From: Dictyostelium discoideum
Lineage: Eukaryota
Reading direction: 5' to 3'
Assembly (NCBI GenBank): GCA_000004695.1
Contig: CM000154.2
Coordinates: 224,001 to 288,000 of the forward strand
DNA: 64,000 nt
Position numbers and translations under genes: made by a program. This document shows positions 15,982 through 27,847 of this stretch, piece after piece. The number at the start of each line of letters is the position of its first letter. Within the stretch, counting starts at the first letter, position 1. The notes under the pieces were generated by a model that saw only the letters and a list, made by a program, of their open reading frames with translations, ran no database searches and was not told where the DNA came from.

Positions 15982-17528
15982 ATGAATAAAGTAGTAGTTA
16001 AAGCAAAAGATAATGATGACTTAAGAAGTTCAATTGAATTTGCAGAATTTTTTGGATTTAAAATTAATTATCCAGAATGTTTATATGGTGTAATACCACC
16101 AAAAGAATATATCGAAGCCATTGAATTTATAAATGCAAATTCAATAAGGTAAATTAAATTATTTAAAAAATAAATAATACAACTCTTTCTTTAAAATATA
16201 ATAATAAAAAAAATAAAAATTGACCAAAAAATAAAAAAATAAAAAAAAATAAAGAGATAAATTAGTATTAGGTGATTCATTTATAGTTTTAATATTATCA
16301 ATGCTTTTATTATTTATACCACATATTTTTATTTTATCATCAGATTATAGAAAAAGAACAAAATATTTAAAAGATGTAAGATTTTAAAAATAAAAATTAA
16401 AAAATTAAAAATTAAAAATTAAAAATTAAAATTAAAAATTAAAAATTAAAAATTAAAAATTAAAAATTAAAAATTAAAAATTAAAATTATTATTTAATTA
16501 TTAATTTAAAAAAATTTAAATAAGATTGAAGATGGTATAAAACCAGCTATTCAACAAATTAATAATACTCTTGGAGCAGCCAGAGGTGTAACATTTGCTT
16601 ATAAAATGGCAAGAAATGTAAAAAAAATTAAATTAATAATTTCATACCCACAAAGTCAAGCTGTACAACTACCAATTTCAAATTCATTACTTGCAACTGA
16701 TAATACACATATTTTATTATTAAATGATTTAGGTGTAAGTAAAATTAAACAATATAAAAATAAAAAAATAAAATATGTGTGTGTAAAATTAATTATTTTT
16801 TGATAAAAAAAAAAAGTATCAAAGATATCAATATTCTCAAACTTATCATTATTGGACAGAGAATTTTAATAATAATTCAATGAAACCAATTTATGTTAGA
16901 ACTGGTTGGATTAGTGATGGAAGTGTTTCAACCAAGAAATTTCAATATCCACCACAATTATATAATTATATTTCAAGTAATGAATTATTTGCAGTATTAA
17001 AAGAATATGAAGAATTTAGAGGACCAAAAGCACCAGATCATTCAACTTTAGAAAATATTGCAATTTTTACAGCTGCTTTTCTAGTTGGTATTTTCCTTTT
17101 AATTTATTTAAATTATGGATTTAAAGATGAAGAAGATCAATATTATCAAGATTATTTCAATTCAATCGAAGGTTTAATGAATCAATTTAATCAAAGATTT
17201 TCACAAAGAGGAATTATATTTAAAGCATACAGATTAAAACAACGTGGTGCACATAAACCAGATGTATGTTTTCATCTTTTTTTTTATTTATTTTATATCT
17301 ATTGATTATAATCAAAAATCACTAACTTTATAATAATTATTATTGTAGTTGGTTATTTATATTCCAAAAGAACAAAATGATATGGCACAATTAATAACTA
17401 CTCAACCAAGTAATTACCCAATGGTTGTTTCATCTTTAAATGGCAATTTCTTACCATTATTCCAAGTTAATCAACCAATACTTTTTAATGCATTACCACA
17501 ACCATCAGTTATTAAAATTTCAAACTAA
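15982..17528 (+). CDS. Hypothetical two-TM membrane protein, 5 exons: 15982..16148, 16255..16375, 16525..16734, 16817..17263, 17349..17528 (about 374 aa)
   Basis: GT-AG boundaries agree in phase: GTAAAT donor at 16149; acceptor ataaag at 16254; GTAAGA donor at 16376; acceptor aataag at 16524; GTAAGT donor at 16735; acceptor aaaaag at 16816; GTATGT donor at 17264; acceptor ttgtag at 17348. Exons 4-5 (track ORF 16880..17305 plus LVIYIPKEQNDMAQL...KISN*) are firm. Linkage of exons 1-3 (MNKVVVKAKDNDDLRSS...; a TM helix in exon 2) is inferred. Confidence 0.5.
16384..16487 (+). repeat. (AAAAATT)~14 heptanucleotide minisatellite within intron 2 of the 15982..17528 gene
   Basis: Seen directly. It has no spacer structure, so it is not a CRISPR-like array. 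Confidence 0.9.
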
Positions 17529-17596
17529 AAATAAAAAAAAAAAAGATTTAAACTAATTATATATATATATTTTATTTTTTTATTTTATTTTTTTTT

Positions 17597-18555
17597 TTAC
17601 AAATTTTCATCATCTAATAATGAATATTTATTATTATCTTTATTACCAATTAATTTATTATTATTATTATTATTTTTAAAGAAATTAATTTGATTTTTTA
17701 ATTTTTTTTTTTTTTTAATTTGTTTTAATTTATAATTAAATAAATAAAAAGCAACTATAATTAAAATTGAAGCGATCGTTGTTAAAATACAATTTATAAA
17801 TGTTAGGGTTATACCATTCTCTACGAATAAAGTTGAAGGATTTTCAATTGACTCTTTTTGAATTAATTTTGGAAATTGAAAAACGAATAAATAAGCAGAG
17901 ATATACATTAAAATCGTTCCACAAGTGTATAGAAATCGGAATATCATAATATATTTCCCAAATAGGATTTTTATATGAACTGTTTCATTTTCAATTGAAA
18001 TTAGTTCATTGAAATTACTAAAACTTTGAGTTACTTTAATTGTTCCAATTTCTGATTTTCTTGTGACAAATGTAAATAGTAAATAATTTAATTCAACTAT
18101 AAACATGATTAATAGAAATGTTATGAATGATAAATTTATATAATAAATGGTTGATACTATTTTCAAGGTTTTTTCATTATATGGTCCAGCACATTTTTCT
18201 TCATTCTCTGAATATGAACATTTACCTAAATAATATGATTTTTCATTTTCATTTTTATCCAATGCATATCCTGTAACATGAGTTAATGTATATTCAATCT
18301 TTAAATCATATTTATGAATAATATTTAAATTAAATTTTTCTAAAAATTTAAATTCATTTATTCTTTGATTTATCCATGGCATTTCACCTTTTTTTAATAT
18401 AAAAAAAAAAAAAAAAAAAAATATTAATAAAAAATAATAAAAATAATAATTTAAAATAAATATTTACTTTTTATTGCAAAAGTTGATAAAACCATTGACA
18501 TAGCGAAAAATAACACTGAAATAAATGATAATAATTTGTAAAATTCTACTTTCAT
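17597..18555 (-). CDS. Hypothetical signal-peptide / multi-pass membrane protein; exons 18468..18555 (signal peptide) and 17597..18387
   Basis: Track ORF 17597..18382 (MPWINQ...) has three or more TM helices. The upstream mini-exon ATG at 18555 encodes MKVEFYKLLSFISVLFFAMSMVLSTFAIK. It ends at a GTAAAT donor (plus 18462..18467). An 80-nt intron follows. The acceptor aaaaag joins in phase to ...S-E-MPWINQ. Confidence 0.6.
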
Positions 18556-18639
18556 AATTTATTATTTTTAATTTATTGATTAATTATTTTATTTTTTATT
18601 TAATTTAATTTAATTTAATTTAATAAATTTATTTCTGGT

Positions 18640-18730
18640 AAGGGTTGGAAAAAAAAAAAAAGAACCCCTTCACCTTTTTTTAAATTTTAAATATAAGGGG
18701 ACATTTATAAGGGTTTGGGGAGGGAATTTT
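18640..18730. promoter_or_regulatory. G-rich motifs (ggttggaaaaa...gaacccc...aagggg...gggtttggggaggg) 90-170 bp upstream of the minus-strand gene start at 18555
   Basis: Compositionally anomalous G runs in AT-rich DNA. Candidate promoter element by inference. Confidence 0.25.
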
Positions 18731-19539
18731 TTTTTTTTTTTTTTTTTTTTTTTGTATTAAATTTTTATATTTGGTGTGTATTGGACATTAATTGATTCAT
18801 TTGATCAATTTTTTGTATTTGTTACAAAAATAAAAAAATTAAAAAAAAACATTGTAAATTAAAAATTATAAATAAATTGTTTAGAAAAAAAAAAAAATTA
18901 ATAAAAAATTTAAAAAAAAAAAAAATAAAAAAAAAATTGAATTTACCAGGATTATGGAGTTTTTACTGGTATAAACCAATTTTTTTTTTTTTTTTGTTTA
19001 ATTTTAATTTTTTTTTTTTTTTCATTTTTTTTTTTAATGCAATCGTAGATCTGACATCATTGTATGGAAAAATATGAGAAATTATCGAAAACTAAAAATA
19101 AAATCCTAAAAAAAAAAAATTAAAATTACTAAAAAAAGTTTTTAAATAAATCAGTAATGATTAATTATTTTTAATCATTTTTTAAATGTCTACAACATTT
19201 AAATTATTTATAAATACTATGTTTTTACAAAACATTGTTTCACACATTTAAATGATTTTTTTTACATTCTCCACACATCATAACCCTCAAATCTGAAATT
19301 TGTAAAAAAAAAAAAAAAAATTTATAGATTAAATATTAAAAGATTTCCATTTTAAGTAATTCAGTTTTTTTTTTTTTATTTTAATAATAAAATTCCTAAA
19401 TAAGTCATACAATTATTATAATAGAAATTAATTTTTAAATATCTTTTTTTTAATTATTTTTTTTTTTTTGTTATTTTTTTTTTTTTTATTTATTTATTTA
19501 TTATTATTATTATACTATTTTATTATCAAATATTAAAAA

Positions 19540-19883
19540 ATGAATAAAGAAATAGAAAATTTGGAAAATTATAATTATTTAAAAAGTTGTTTAGAATTAA
19601 TTGAAACAAAATATTTTAACCAAAAAGAAGAATTTCTGAATCAATTAAAACTAGCAAATTTAGAAACAATTAATAAATTATTATATGCAATAATTAGAGA
19701 AAACATTTTTGAACAACAAAAAAAAGAAGAAAAAGAAGATTTCAAATTAATTGAAAATGAAAATTATTATTTTATTTTTAAAACTAAAAATCAATTAAAT
19801 CCAATAATGAAATTAAAAATACCAATAAACCAAGTTTATAGTTTAAATAGATTTTCAATTTCGGATTTTCCAAGTTTAATAAC

Positions 19884-19977
<94 letters not shown>

Positions 19978-21846
19978 AATAATAATCAAGAAATAATACT
20001 TGATAATTGTTTTAATTTAATTGAGTTATTTAAAGAATCAACTATGGATTATAATGAAGAATATATAAATGAATATAAAAATGAAATTGAAAATAGCATT
20101 GGTAATCAAGCATTAATAAATACAATTTCAAAATTAAATCATAATAATATTAAAAAACAATCAATAATGAATCAATATAATTCAGTAATAGATTATGTAA
20201 ATAATCAAGATCATAGTTTTGATTCAAATTTATTCTATGAACAATTATACACAAAGGGTCATTTAACTCATACATCTCCAAAAATGAGAAAAGGTTTCAC
20301 ACCAATTCAAGTTTTAAATTACTCTTCTGAATTATCAAATTTTGTTAATTTACATTTCATTGCAATTAAAAAACAATATTCATTATCATCCTCTTCATCA
20401 TTAAAAATACAAAATACTAATAATAATTCAAATTATTTAAAAGATGATGATGATGATGATAATGATGAATATTTATTCAAATATTATCCAAATTCAAAGA
20501 AATCAATAATTGAATATATGAATAAAGTTTCAATCAATTTTAATGATTATAACTATCATTTAATTCATCCATGGCAAATTGAAAATATTATCCCAACACT
20601 ATTTAAAAATGAATTATCTCAATCAATTGTAGTTTTAATTCCAATTGAAATTGCATCAGTTTGTTCAAAGCCATTAATATCTTTAAGAACTGCTGTTATT
20701 TTCCCTGAATTAAGTGATGATAAATTAATGCCACATATAAAAGTACCAATAAGTATTAATATAACATGTGCTCTTAGAACAATATCATCACAATCAGCAA
20801 ATAACGGTCCAATATTTAGTGAAATCATTAGAGATATCTATAAAAGAGAGTATCAATCATTCTTTGGTAATGAAATTAATTTTCTATCGGAAACTTATGG
20901 TTGTTGGTTCAATCCATTGGATATTAATGATAAATCTATTAAACATAAATCAATTACAAATATTTGGAGAGAAAATCCAAATATTTTACTTGAAAATATA
21001 AACAATAACAATAATAAGAATAATAACAATCTAAAATATAAAGATCATTATAAACAACAAGTAATAGTTTCATGTTCATTATATTCCATCTCTCCAATCA
21101 CTAATAAATTAATCTTGTTTGAATTAATTGATGGATTTATAGAAAATAAACAAAAAGAAAAACAATTTATTGTTCAAAACAATAGTAACAATAATATTAA
21201 TAATAATTATAATAATGATAACAACAATAGCAAAGAATTAGTATTCAATTGGTTCAATTCATATATAAGTAAACTATTGACAGTAACAATTGTATTAATG
21301 AGTAAATATGGTATTGGATTAGAAGCACATTTACAAAATACATTATGGATTATTGATAGTGAAACTTTTGAACCTGTAAAATTAATTTGTAAAGATTGGG
21401 CTGGTTCACGTTTAAATTTAAAGAGATTATCTTCTCAATCAATTCAATATAATTATAAAGAAGGTTCTATCACTATTTGTGGCGGTGGTGAAGTTGATGA
21501 ATCTATAGAAATGTATAATAAAGTACAACATTCTGTTTTTAATAGTAATATTGGTGAACTAATATTATCAATTTCTAAATATTACAATATTATGGAAATC
21601 GAAATGTGGAAATCTGTATCTTTGATTTGTAAATCCATTTTTAATAAATTAAAATTGCAACACCTACAACAAAAACAAGAACAACAACACGAAAAAGATG
21701 ATCACTTTTTAAAACAACTACAACATGATGAAAATGTATTATTTTCAAAAAATATTGATGTAAAATCATTAACAAAAATGCGTTTACAAACTGATAATAA
21801 AGAAAATATTACAACTTCAATTATTAATCCATTATACAATTTATAA
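19540..21846 (+). CDS. IucA/IucC-family (NRPS-independent siderophore synthetase-like) protein with C-terminal FhuF-like domain, 768 aa, containing a 29-residue poly-Asn insert
   Basis: Family motifs seen in the translation: EQLYTKGHLTHTSPKMRKGF (the conserved EQSL..GHP.HP.PK.R.GF region); HIKVPISINITCALRTIS (ATP-binding K...TSS.RT segment); and a C-terminal ...EAHLQNTLWIIDSETFEPVKLICKDWAGSRL segment (FhuF-like H.QN...RD..G.R signature). Single exon. The (AAT)29 tract at 19888..19975 is in frame. Confidence 0.7.
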
Positions 21847-22330
21847 ATATTAAATAATAATAATAAAAATTTAGAAAAAAAAAAAATAATAATAATAGTA
21901 AATAATTAAATAATTAATAATAAAATAATGAATTAATTAAATAACTAAATAAAAAAAACAAAATAATAATTAAATAGATAAAAAAAATAGTATTTCATTG
22001 CTCCGGGCTCGATACCCCAAAAATAATTAAAAAAAAAATAATAATCAAAAATAAATCAGTTCTCTGAAAATAAAAAATAATTAAATAAATAATTAAATAA
22101 TTAAATATTTAAATAATTAAATAAATAAATTTAAAAATAAATAAATAAATAAATGATAGATTTTCTAAAATTTGATTACTTTTTTTTAAAAATCATTTAA
22201 GAAAATTCAATAATGATTGTTTTTTTTTAAATGAAGTTCTGGTGGTTCGTCTAAAAAAAAAACATTTTAAAATAAAAAAAAATAAAAAAAAAATGATTTT
22301 TTATTTTTTTTAATTTTTTTTTTTTAAAAA

Positions 22331-22361
<31 letters not shown>

Positions 22362-22454
22362 CCCAAACTAATTTTTTTTTTTTCTTTTATTTTTAATTTA
22401 TTCCCTTAATTGTATTTATATCTTTTAAATTTTTTTTAAATAAAAAAATAAAAA

Positions 22455-23332
22455 ATGTCAGAAGTCGAAAAGAAAGAAGAAGAAACCACCACCACTACCA
22501 CTGTCGAAAAGACTGAGGAAAAGAAAGAAGAAACCTCTTCATTTGCCCCAGCCGCTGAAATAAAAGAATATGCTGCCGATGTTGAACCAAACGTTGAATA
22601 TGAAGCAACCCTTAAAAGAGATGTTGTTGAAGTTAAAACCAACGAAGAAAACGAAGATACTTTATTTGAAATGTAAATATCTAATAAACATTAAAAAAAA
22701 AATAAAAAAAAAAATAAAAATAAAAAAATAAAAAAAACACACACTTAACGTCAAAATACTAATATTAATTTTATTTTATTTTATATCATAACTATTATAG
22801 CCGTGCAAAATTATACAGATTTGATACAGACCCATCACCACAATGGAAAGAAAGAGGTACTGGTAATGTTAGATTCTTAGAAGATAAAGATTCAAAGAGA
22901 ATCAGAGTTGTCATGAGAAGAGACAAAACATTAAAAGTTTGTTTAAATCATCACATCTCACCAGCTTTATCATTAGGTGAAATGACTGGTAGTGATAAAT
23001 CATGGGTTTGGAAATGTCCAAAGGATTTCTCAGATGAAGAAAAACCAGAAGGTGTTGAAGAGTTATTTGCAATTAGATTCGCCACCCCAGAAAGTATGTT
23101 TTTTTTTTTTTTTCTTTTCAGTTCCTCATTTTGAAAATGTTCGCAACTCACTCACCTTGTACAATATTTTCTTTCGAAATTATCTTGATATAATTAAACA
23201 AATTGCTAATATTATATTTTTTTATTTTTTTTTTTATTTTTTTTTTTAATAATATTAGATGCTGGACTTTTCAAAACTGAATTCCAAAAATGTCAAGCCA
23301 AAAATGAAGCAATTGAAAAAAAAACTGAATAA
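22455..23332 (+). CDS. ranbp1: Ran-binding protein 1 (RanBD1 domain); exons 22455..22672, 22801..23093, 23259..23332
   Basis: Exon 2 encodes RAKLYRFDTDPSPQWKERGTGNVRFLEDKDSKRIRVVMRRDKTLKVCLNHHISPALSLGEMTGSDKSWVWKCPKDFSDEE...LFAIRFATPE, closely matching human RANBP1 (RAKLFRF...EWKERGTGDVKLL...RLLMRRDKTLKICANH...RAWVWN...LLAIRF). Exon 1 (acidic, ending ...EDTLFE) ends at a GTAAAT donor at 22673. The acceptor tattatag is at 22800. A GTATGT donor at 23094 and acceptor aatattag at 23258 give the C-terminal NAGLFKTEFQKCQAKNEAIEKKTE*. Confidence 0.85.
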
Positions 23333-23622
23333 ATAAATAATTAATCCCATCATATATCAAAACCACAAATATAAAACCAAAATTAAAACTGTCCAATCAA
23401 TAAACACAATATAAACCACACTACAAAAAAAAAAAAAAAAAATAATAATGAATTATCAAATTTATTTATTGATTCTTCAATTTTTATAAAAATTAATTTT
23501 TTGTTTTACACTTTGTGATTATTTATTTATTTTATTTTTTTTTTTTTAATTTATTTACAAAGATAGTTTTATTTATTTTTTTTTTTTTTAATTTATAATT
23601 ATTATTATTATTATTATTATTT

Positions 23623-26277
23623 TTAACATCTTTCAAAAACTTTATATAAATTATCAAGAGTTGTAATTTGTATTACAGATCCATCATTTGCAAATTTCTT
23701 TGGTGGTGATAATTTTCTAAAAGCTGGAAAAATTAAATGTTGAATAATCCATTCTTTACCATCTTTTTTAATGAAATTTATATTATTTGTTGTGGTGGTA
23801 GAATTTGTTTGTTGTTGATTATTTACTTGAGTGTCACGTAATTTTAAAAAAGAAGGTTCAATTTTGAAAAAGGAAGAGATTTCTTTAACTATACCAGCAA
23901 AACATTCTTTTTCAAATTCCCATTCAACTTCGGTAGCCAATTTTAATAAAAAGATTGGTAAGTTATCAGTACAAGGTACATAATGATCAAGTACTTGAGG
24001 AATACCAACAAGTTCACCATCTTCATTAATTTCAATTGAGAAATATTCATTTAGTAATTCTTTTTTTGAGATTAACAATTTGGTTAGATAGTCTGCAATC
24101 TTATCTTTTGGACCATCAGATTCCATCCAACCTGATAATGGTGAATCTAATGAAACCAATAACAATGAATAAATTGATAATGATTGACTAAATTTAATAC
24201 TATCGAAATCAGAGAATCTAAGTAATGATAATTGATAAAAAAGTTCCTTTGTTATATTCTCTAAATTGATTAAATAAAGTTTCTTTCCAAATTGTACCAA
24301 TGCATAGGAATGATCTAAACAACCAACAAAAACACAATCATTGAAAAATTCTTTTAACCCATCATGAACATTTGATTGAAATTCTGAGATCAAAGTTTTT
24401 ATACTTGTTAATTCAACTTGTTTATACTTTCTAGTTTTTCTTGGTGTTATAAATGTATGTTCTTGTAATTTTTTAATATCATTCTTTGATGCTGGACTAT
24501 TTGATTTTGTTGTTGCAGTTGTTGTTGTTGTAGTTGTAGTTGTAGTTGTAGATTGTTGTTGTCGTTGTTCTTTTGATTTAATTGGTGTAACACTTGATAA
24601 AGGATTATCAATATCACGTGGTGCTTCATTTTCACTATTATCATTAAAAATTAAATTATCATTAAATTTACCACCAGCACCAGCAGCTCCAGCACTACCA
24701 TCAACATCATCATATCTGCCAATTCCACTACCATCATTATCATCAATACTACTATCATTATTATTATTATAATCCATTGGATTTAAAAATGCATCTAAAG
24801 TTTGACTTTTCGAATCTGATCTAATTTTATCTTTTGCATATTCAATTGGTTCTTTTCTACTAGTTGGATTGTTATTATTATTGGTTGATTTCGTTTGAGT
24901 TGAAGAGGATTGTGAATTTTTTTGTTTCTTTTGTGATGATGAAACGTTATCTTGATCAAAACCAGGTAATAAAATTTGAGTTGAAAAAGTTTTTGAATTT
25001 GAAGAGATACTTAATTCTTGATCAACTTTTTGTTGAATGAATTCAATGATTTGTTCTTCATGTAAAATTTTAACTTCACTCTTTGTTGGATGAATATTAA
25101 CATCAATATTCTTTGGTGGTACTAATAGCCTAATAAACATGAATGGATGAGTTCCTTTTGGTAGATATTTACTATAAACTTGTTCTAGACCAGTTTTTAA
25201 ATTTTTTGAATCAACCAATCTACCATTAATAAATAGAATAAAATTAATTTTCTTTGAATTATAATTTGTACTTGAAAAAAAGCCTTTCATTGTAAAATCT
25301 AATCTATTTAAATTTGAATTTTTAATTTGACTACCACTAATATTATCATCATCATCGTTATTAGGATTGGGATTATTTGGATCAATTGTAATAATTTTTA
25401 ATTCTTTACTTAAATCAGTACCATATAATGAACCTATAACATCTTTTTCTAAAGAATTTTGACCACCACTTGTATGAACCTCAGGAGTTGGGTCGCCTTG
25501 TTTCTTTAGGATAAAAGATACTGTTGGATTATTGATTGCATATTTTTTCATTAATAAAACGATTCTTGAATGTTCATCGACTGTATTCTTTAAGACATTC
25601 TTACGAGAGGGTGTATTGAAAAATAAATCTTCAACAGTGATTTGGGTACCATTTACACCGGCACATGGTTTTGGATCTGATGATTGTTCATTTGGTGAAG
25701 GTGGTGTTAATTTACCATTAAGATAACATGCACGATAGGCACATGGTGAATCAGCGGTTTTAGTTAGAATTTTCAAGTGAGAAACGTGACTTATACTTGA
25801 TAATGCTTCACCACGAAATCCAAATGATTGAATACTTCTTAGATCTTCAAATTTAGTTAATTTACTTGTGGTGAAACGTTCACAAACAATGCCCATATCC
25901 TCCAATCTAATACCAGAACCATTGTCTTGAATTTGTAAGAATTTCATACCACCATCTTTAACTGTAACTGTAATAGTTGTTGATTTTGCATCTAAACAAT
26001 TCTCTAATAATTCTTTTAATGCATTACTTGGTCTTTGTATAACTTCACCTGCTGATATTTTATTTACAACTTCTTGAGTTAATCTATGAATCTTTTTTTT
26101 ACTTTCATTTATTAAATTATTTAAATTTGTTGTTGTTGTTGTTGTTGTTGTTGTTGCTGTATTTGTCGCTGTTGTTGTTGCTGTATTTGTCGCTGTTGTT
26201 GTTGTTGTATTTACTGCTGCTGTTGTCGAATTACTATCTGTTGTTTGTAAAGGTGGTAGCGATTTAAGAAAATCCAT
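23623..26277 (-). CDS. mlh1: DNA mismatch repair protein MLH1 (MutL homolog), 884 aa, single exon
   Basis: N-terminal GHKL ATPase block IHRLTQEVVNKISAGEVIQRPSNALKELLENCLDAKSTTITVTVKDGGMKFLQIQDNGSGIRLEDMGIVCERFTTSKL...FGFRGEALSSISHVSHL is near-identical to human MLH1. The C-terminus ends ...VFERC, as in MLH1. Confidence 0.9.
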   Translation of the reverse strand: MDFLKSLPPLQTTDSNSTTAAVNTTTTTATNTATTTATNTATTTTTTTTTNLNNLINESKKKIHRLTQEVVNKISAGEVIQRPSNALKELLENCLDAKSTTITVTVKDGGMKFLQIQDNGSGIRLEDMGIVCERFTTSKLTKFEDLRSIQSFGFRGEALSSISHVSHLKILTKTADSPCAYRACYLNGKLTPPSPNEQSSDPKPCAGVNGTQITVEDLFFNTPSRKNVLKNTVDEHSRIVLLMKKYAINNPTVSFILKKQGDPTPEVHTSGGQNSLEKDVIGSLYGTDLSKELKIITIDPNNPNPNNDDDDNISGSQIKNSNLNRLDFTMKGFFSSTNYNSKKINFILFINGRLVDSKNLKTGLEQVYSKYLPKGTHPFMFIRLLVPPKNIDVNIHPTKSEVKILHEEQIIEFIQQKVDQELSISSNSKTFSTQILLPGFDQDNVSSSQKKQKNSQSSSTQTKSTNNNNNPTSRKEPIEYAKDKIRSDSKSQTLDAFLNPMDYNNNNDSSIDDNDGSGIGRYDDVDGSAGAAGAGGKFNDNLIFNDNSENEAPRDIDNPLSSVTPIKSKEQRQQQSTTTTTTTTTTTATTKSNSPASKNDIKKLQEHTFITPRKTRKYKQVELTSIKTLISEFQSNVHDGLKEFFNDCVFVGCLDHSYALVQFGKKLYLINLENITKELFYQLSLLRFSDFDSIKFSQSLSIYSLLLVSLDSPLSGWMESDGPKDKIADYLTKLLISKKELLNEYFSIEINEDGELVGIPQVLDHYVPCTDNLPIFLLKLATEVEWEFEKECFAGIVKEISSFFKIEPSFLKLRDTQVNNQQQTNSTTTTNNINFIKKDGKEWIIQHLIFPAFRKLSPPKKFANDGSVIQITTLDNLYKVFERC

Positions 26278-26488
26278 ATTATATGTATTATGAAACTATA
26301 CGACTTGGATGAAAATTAAATTTTGAAAAAAAAACATTTTTAATTTTCACTTTTTTTTTTTTTTACTTTTTTTTTTTTTTTTATAAGAATTTGTTTTTTT
26401 TATGAAATAATGAAAATTGAATTTCCCAAACCAAAGAGAAATTAAAAATAAAAAAAAAAAAAATAATTTAAAAAAACAATTTCTTAAA

Positions 26489-26522
<34 letters not shown>

Positions 26523-26769
26523 TTAGTTGTGGAGTGTGTGTATATGTATAAATCGATTTATAAAAAATAAAATATAAAAAAATAAAATAAAAAAAAATAT
26601 AAAAAAAATAAAAATAAAAAAAAAAATAAAATATAAAACATTTTTTTTTTTTTTTTGTTTTTTAAAAAAATAAAATAAAATATAAAACTAATTTTTAAAA
26701 ATCCATTGGGTATTCATACATGGTTTATAAGCCATAAAAAAAAAAAAAAAAAGAAAAATAATAATAATA

Positions 26770-26957
26770 ATGTACACTTACGCAAATATAGTTAGGAGAG
26801 GTAAAAATAGTTCAAAACCTCATAAAGCTTTATCATTACTTGGTATTCTTTTATTTTCAATTGTTGCAATTATATCATTAATACCAATAGCAAGTAAGTA
26901 TAATATATATATTTAAATTTTTAAAACATATTTTTTAATTTTTTTCTTTTTTTCTTT

Positions 26958-26990
<33 letters not shown>

Positions 26991-27747
26991 TTTTATTTTT
27001 TTTTTATTTTAAATTATTAAAAAAATAGGTGACGAAAATTGGGTAACATTAAATTTAAAACAAGGTGATAATAAAATTTATAAAGATATACCAAATGTAA
27101 GAATTGAATATTCATTGAAAAGTTTTGTGTACAAGAGTGATAGTAATATTAGTGTTACAGTATATAATGATAATGATCAAGCAATTGAATATAAATTCCC
27201 AATAGAATGTGATTATAATCAAACTTTTAATGAAGAAAACTATAACATTTGTAGTGAAATTAATTTAAAAGAACCATTAAAAGTAATTGATACAGTGATA
27301 TTGATGAATTCAGCAGTCACAGTTTGTAGTATTGGATTTATAATGGTTCAATTGATAATAGAGTACAGAATTTTAAAACAATTAGAATTTCAACATAAAA
27401 AACATTTCAAACTTTGGGCTATAGCATTTAGATTATCATTCATTATACCAACTTTATTTTCAATCATTTCAATGGGTGTATTTTTATCATCATTTCCAAG
27501 TTCTGTCTCTTTAAAATATTCAAAGTTTAATCACGTTTTACAAAATAGTTTCTCCAATACCACCAATACCGGTGGTTGGTCTCATAATGATGGTCTAATT
27601 ACAAATCTATTCACAATGATAATCTCAATATTTGGTTCAATATTATTTTCATTAAGTTTTTATTTTTATTATAAAAAATTAAAAAGAAATTGTTATTATA
27701 ATAATATTGATGGTAATGTTGATGGTTATTCTTTATTATATGTTTAA
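26770..27747 (+). CDS. Hypothetical multi-pass membrane protein with N-terminal signal anchor; exons 26770..26893 and 27029..27747
   Basis: ATG exon MYTYANIVRRGKNSSKPHKALSLLGILLFSIVAIISLIPIA- ends at a GTAAGT donor at 26894. A 135-nt T-rich intron follows. The acceptor aaaaatag at 27028 is in phase and continues into track ORF 27115..27747 (four or more TM helices). Confidence 0.55.
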
Positions 27748-27847
27748 AAAAAAATAATTAAAAAAATAAAAATAAAATAAATAAAAAATAAAAAAATAAA
27801 ATAGTTATATTTAAAAATTAAATTTTATTTATTTATTTTATTTATGG

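Noticed and set aside
16384-16487. Regularly spaced short repeats considered as a CRISPR-like array
   Set aside because: It is a simple (AAAAATT)n minisatellite without unique spacers, inside a eukaryotic intron.
21985-22260. GC-containing motifs tgctccgggctcgatacccc and gaagttctggtggttcgtc in the IucA-RanBP1 intergenic region, considered as tRNA fragments or a small RNA
   Set aside because: No cloverleaf or A/B-box arrangement could be built. They are too short to call. Left as unexplained.
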